In this document: positions 61,867 through 64,000 of the stretch, in pieces | Numbering within the stretch: position 1 is the first letter of the stretch | Layout: each line of letters begins with the position of its first letter | From: Malacoraja senta | Lineage: Eukaryota | DNA: 64,000 nt | Direction: 5' to 3' | NCBI GenBank assembly: GCA_038087875.1 | Contig: CM075988.1 | Location: forward strand, 4,650,001-4,714,000 | Notes under the pieces: model-generated | Database searches by the model: none | The model's input: only the letters and a program-made list of their open reading frames with translations | What the model was told of the DNA's origin: nothing | Position numbers and translations under genes: made by a program

Positions 61867-63432
61867 GAAAGAACTGCAGATGCTGGAAAAATTGAAGGTA
61901 GACAAAAATGCTGGAGAAACTCAGCGAGTGAGGCAGCATCTATGGAGCGAAAGAATAGGTGACCTTTCGGGTCGAGACCCTTCTTCAGACTGATGTCGGG
62001 GAGAGGGGGGCGGGAAAAAGAAAGGAAGAGGCGGTGACAAAAGGCTTGTGGGAGAGCTGGGAAGGGGAGGGGAAGGAGGGAGAAAGCAAGGACTACCTGA
62101 AATTGGAGAAGTCAATGGTCGTACCATAAACTACCCTCGCAAAATATGAGGTGCTGCTCCTCCAATTTGCGGTGGGACTCATCCCCAAACTCTACCTCTG
62201 CTACATTGACGATTACATTGATGTTACCTCCTGCACCCATGCAAAACTCATTGACTTCATCCATTTCACTGCTATCTTCTATTCAGCACTCAAATTCACC
62301 TGGACCATTTCCGACATCTCCCTACAGTTTCTAGATCTCACTATCTCCATCGCAGGTTACAGACTACCGACCGACATCTACTATAAACCCACTGACTCCC
62401 ATGGCTATCTGGACTACACTTCTTCCCACCCTGCTTCCTGTAAGGTCTCTATCCCCTGCTCCCAATTCCTCTCTCTACGCCGCATCTGCTCCCAGGAGGA
62501 GGTGTTCCAAACCAGGGCATCGGAGATGTCCTTATTCTTTAGGGAATGGGGGTTCCCCTCTTCGATTATAGATGAGGCTCTCACCAAGATTTCTTCTATA
62601 TCCCGTAGATCCGCACTCACTCCCCATCCCCTCACTCGTAACAAGGACAGAGTCCCCCTTGTCCTCACCTTCCACCCTACCAGCCGTCACATACAACAGA
62701 TAATCCTCCGACATTTTCGCCACCTCCAACGGGATCCCACCACTGGCCACATCTTCCCATCTCCTCCCCTTTCAGCTTTCTGCAGAGAAGACTCCGTAAC
62801 TCCCTGGTCAATTCGTCCCTTCCCACCCAAACCACCCCCTCCCCTGGTACTTTCCCTTGCTCCGCAGGAAATGCTACACTTGTCGTTTTACCTCCCCCCT
62901 TGACTCCATCCAAGGACCCAAGAAGTCTTTCCAGGTGAGGCAGAGGTTCACCTGCACCTCCTCCAACCACATCTGTTGCATCCGCTGCTCTACATCGGTG
63001 AGACCAAGCACAGGCTTGGCGATCGCTTGGCCGAACACCTCCGCACAGTTCGCATTAACCAACCTGATGTCCCGGTGGCTCAGCACTTCAACTCCCCCTC
63101 CCATTCCGAATCCGACCTTTCTGTCCTGAGCCTCTTCCATGACCAGAGTCTCACCGCAAATTGGAGGAGCAACACCTCATATTTCACTTGGGTAGTTTAC
63201 ACCCCAGCGGTATGAACATTGACTTCTCCAATTTCAGGTAGTCCTTGCTTTCTCCCTCCTTCCCCTCCACATCCCTGCTCACCCACAGCCCACTGTCTCT
63301 GCCTCTTCCTTTCTTCTTCCCACCCCCCCCCACCCCCACATCAGTCTGAAGAAGGGTCCCGACCCGAAACGTCATCTATTCCTTCGCCCCATGGATGCTG
63401 CCTCACCCGCTGAGTTTTCCAGCATTTTTGCT
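61867..63432 (+). mobile_element. 5'-truncated Penelope-like element with inverted 5' pseudo-LTR
   Basis: 14-bp TSD ACCACAAATTTTAA (61853-61866 and 63433-63446); inverted copy of the 3' end at 61867-62175; ORF remnant with YIDD, LKFT, FLDL, YYKPTD, YLDYTSSHP and GIY-YIG-type LYIGETKHRLGDRLAEH. Confidence 0.93.
63346..63376 (+). ncRNA. Minimal hammerhead ribozyme core in the Penelope pseudo-LTR
   Basis: CTGAAGA-A-GGGTC-CC-GACCC-GAAA-CGTC. Confidence 0.65.
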
Positions 63433-63947
63433 ACCACAAATTTTAATTTCTCTCATAAATGTTAATAGTGTTTTAAATTATTTATAATTATTTTATATTA
63501 AATATATTTAGAATGAAACATCCTTAATTTGAATTTTTTTTCTCGTTTTCGGCTCGCCTACATGATACTTTAATAACCTTTTAATTTTTATTTTAACTAT
63601 TATTTTGTATTGAATTACACTATATTATTATTATTATTATTATTTTTAAACCTTCTCATACAGTAGACCCAACATTTTTAAGCAATGTGGACTAAGCATG
63701 ATATTCACCTCCAGAAAAAAAGTAGGAAGTATTGGCCGGGGGTCCAGGAGGTTGGCTAGGCCCTGGTGGGGTCCAGGGCAGCGCCCCCGGTGGGGGTTCA
63801 GAGGGCAACGTCCCCTGAAGCCCCTGCGTTTTCAATAAATTGAAAGTGATTCTCAAGCTTTCTGCTGGTAATTTACATAACAGAAGCTTAGAATTTTTCT
63901 AACACATAAGCAGTAAAATAACCCCCAAACGATATATATTTCATGAA

Positions 63948-64000
63948 ATAGACAATAGACAATAGACAATAGGTGCAGGAGAATGCCATTCGGCCCTTCG
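63948..64000 (-). mobile_element. CR1 3' end running off the window
   Basis: (AATAGAC)n then GGTGCAGGAG..GCCATTCGGCCCTTCG. Confidence 0.8.

Noticed and set aside
63660..63945. Possible DNA-transposon fragment (GGGGTCCAGGGCAGCGCCCC motif)
   Set aside because: No second terminus or TSD within the window; class cannot be assigned.

Overview
Repeat-dense vertebrate genomic DNA, almost certainly from a cartilaginous fish (skate-like), judged from HE1/V-SINE-type tRNA SINEs and HER1/CR1 LINEs. It looks intronic or intergenic. Most ORFs in the track are transposon remnants or low-complexity artefacts, and no host gene could be named. The main structure (5899-20458) is a stack of three decayed DIRS1-type tyrosine-recombinase retrotransposons on the minus strand. 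Elements B and C lie head-to-tail inside the RT gene of element A, all joined at a GTAAAATAG core identical to the elements' own circle junction, with no target-site duplication (TSD). Also present: a 5'-truncated L1 with a 14-bp TSD; several CR1 and Rex1/Babar LINEs; a 6.2-kb pol-less LTR/ERV-like element with a 4-bp TSD; a Penelope-like element (RT + GIY-YIG) and many short Penelope-derived hairpin insertions carrying a minimal hammerhead-ribozyme core; Harbinger-type and Tc1/pogo-type MITEs; a Helitron-like element; a CpG-rich non-autonomous retroposon family; and tandem arrays. A few unique segments have exon-like splice signals and are reported as low-confidence candidates. Family names come from motif recognition only; no database search was run. 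Many boundaries are approximate.
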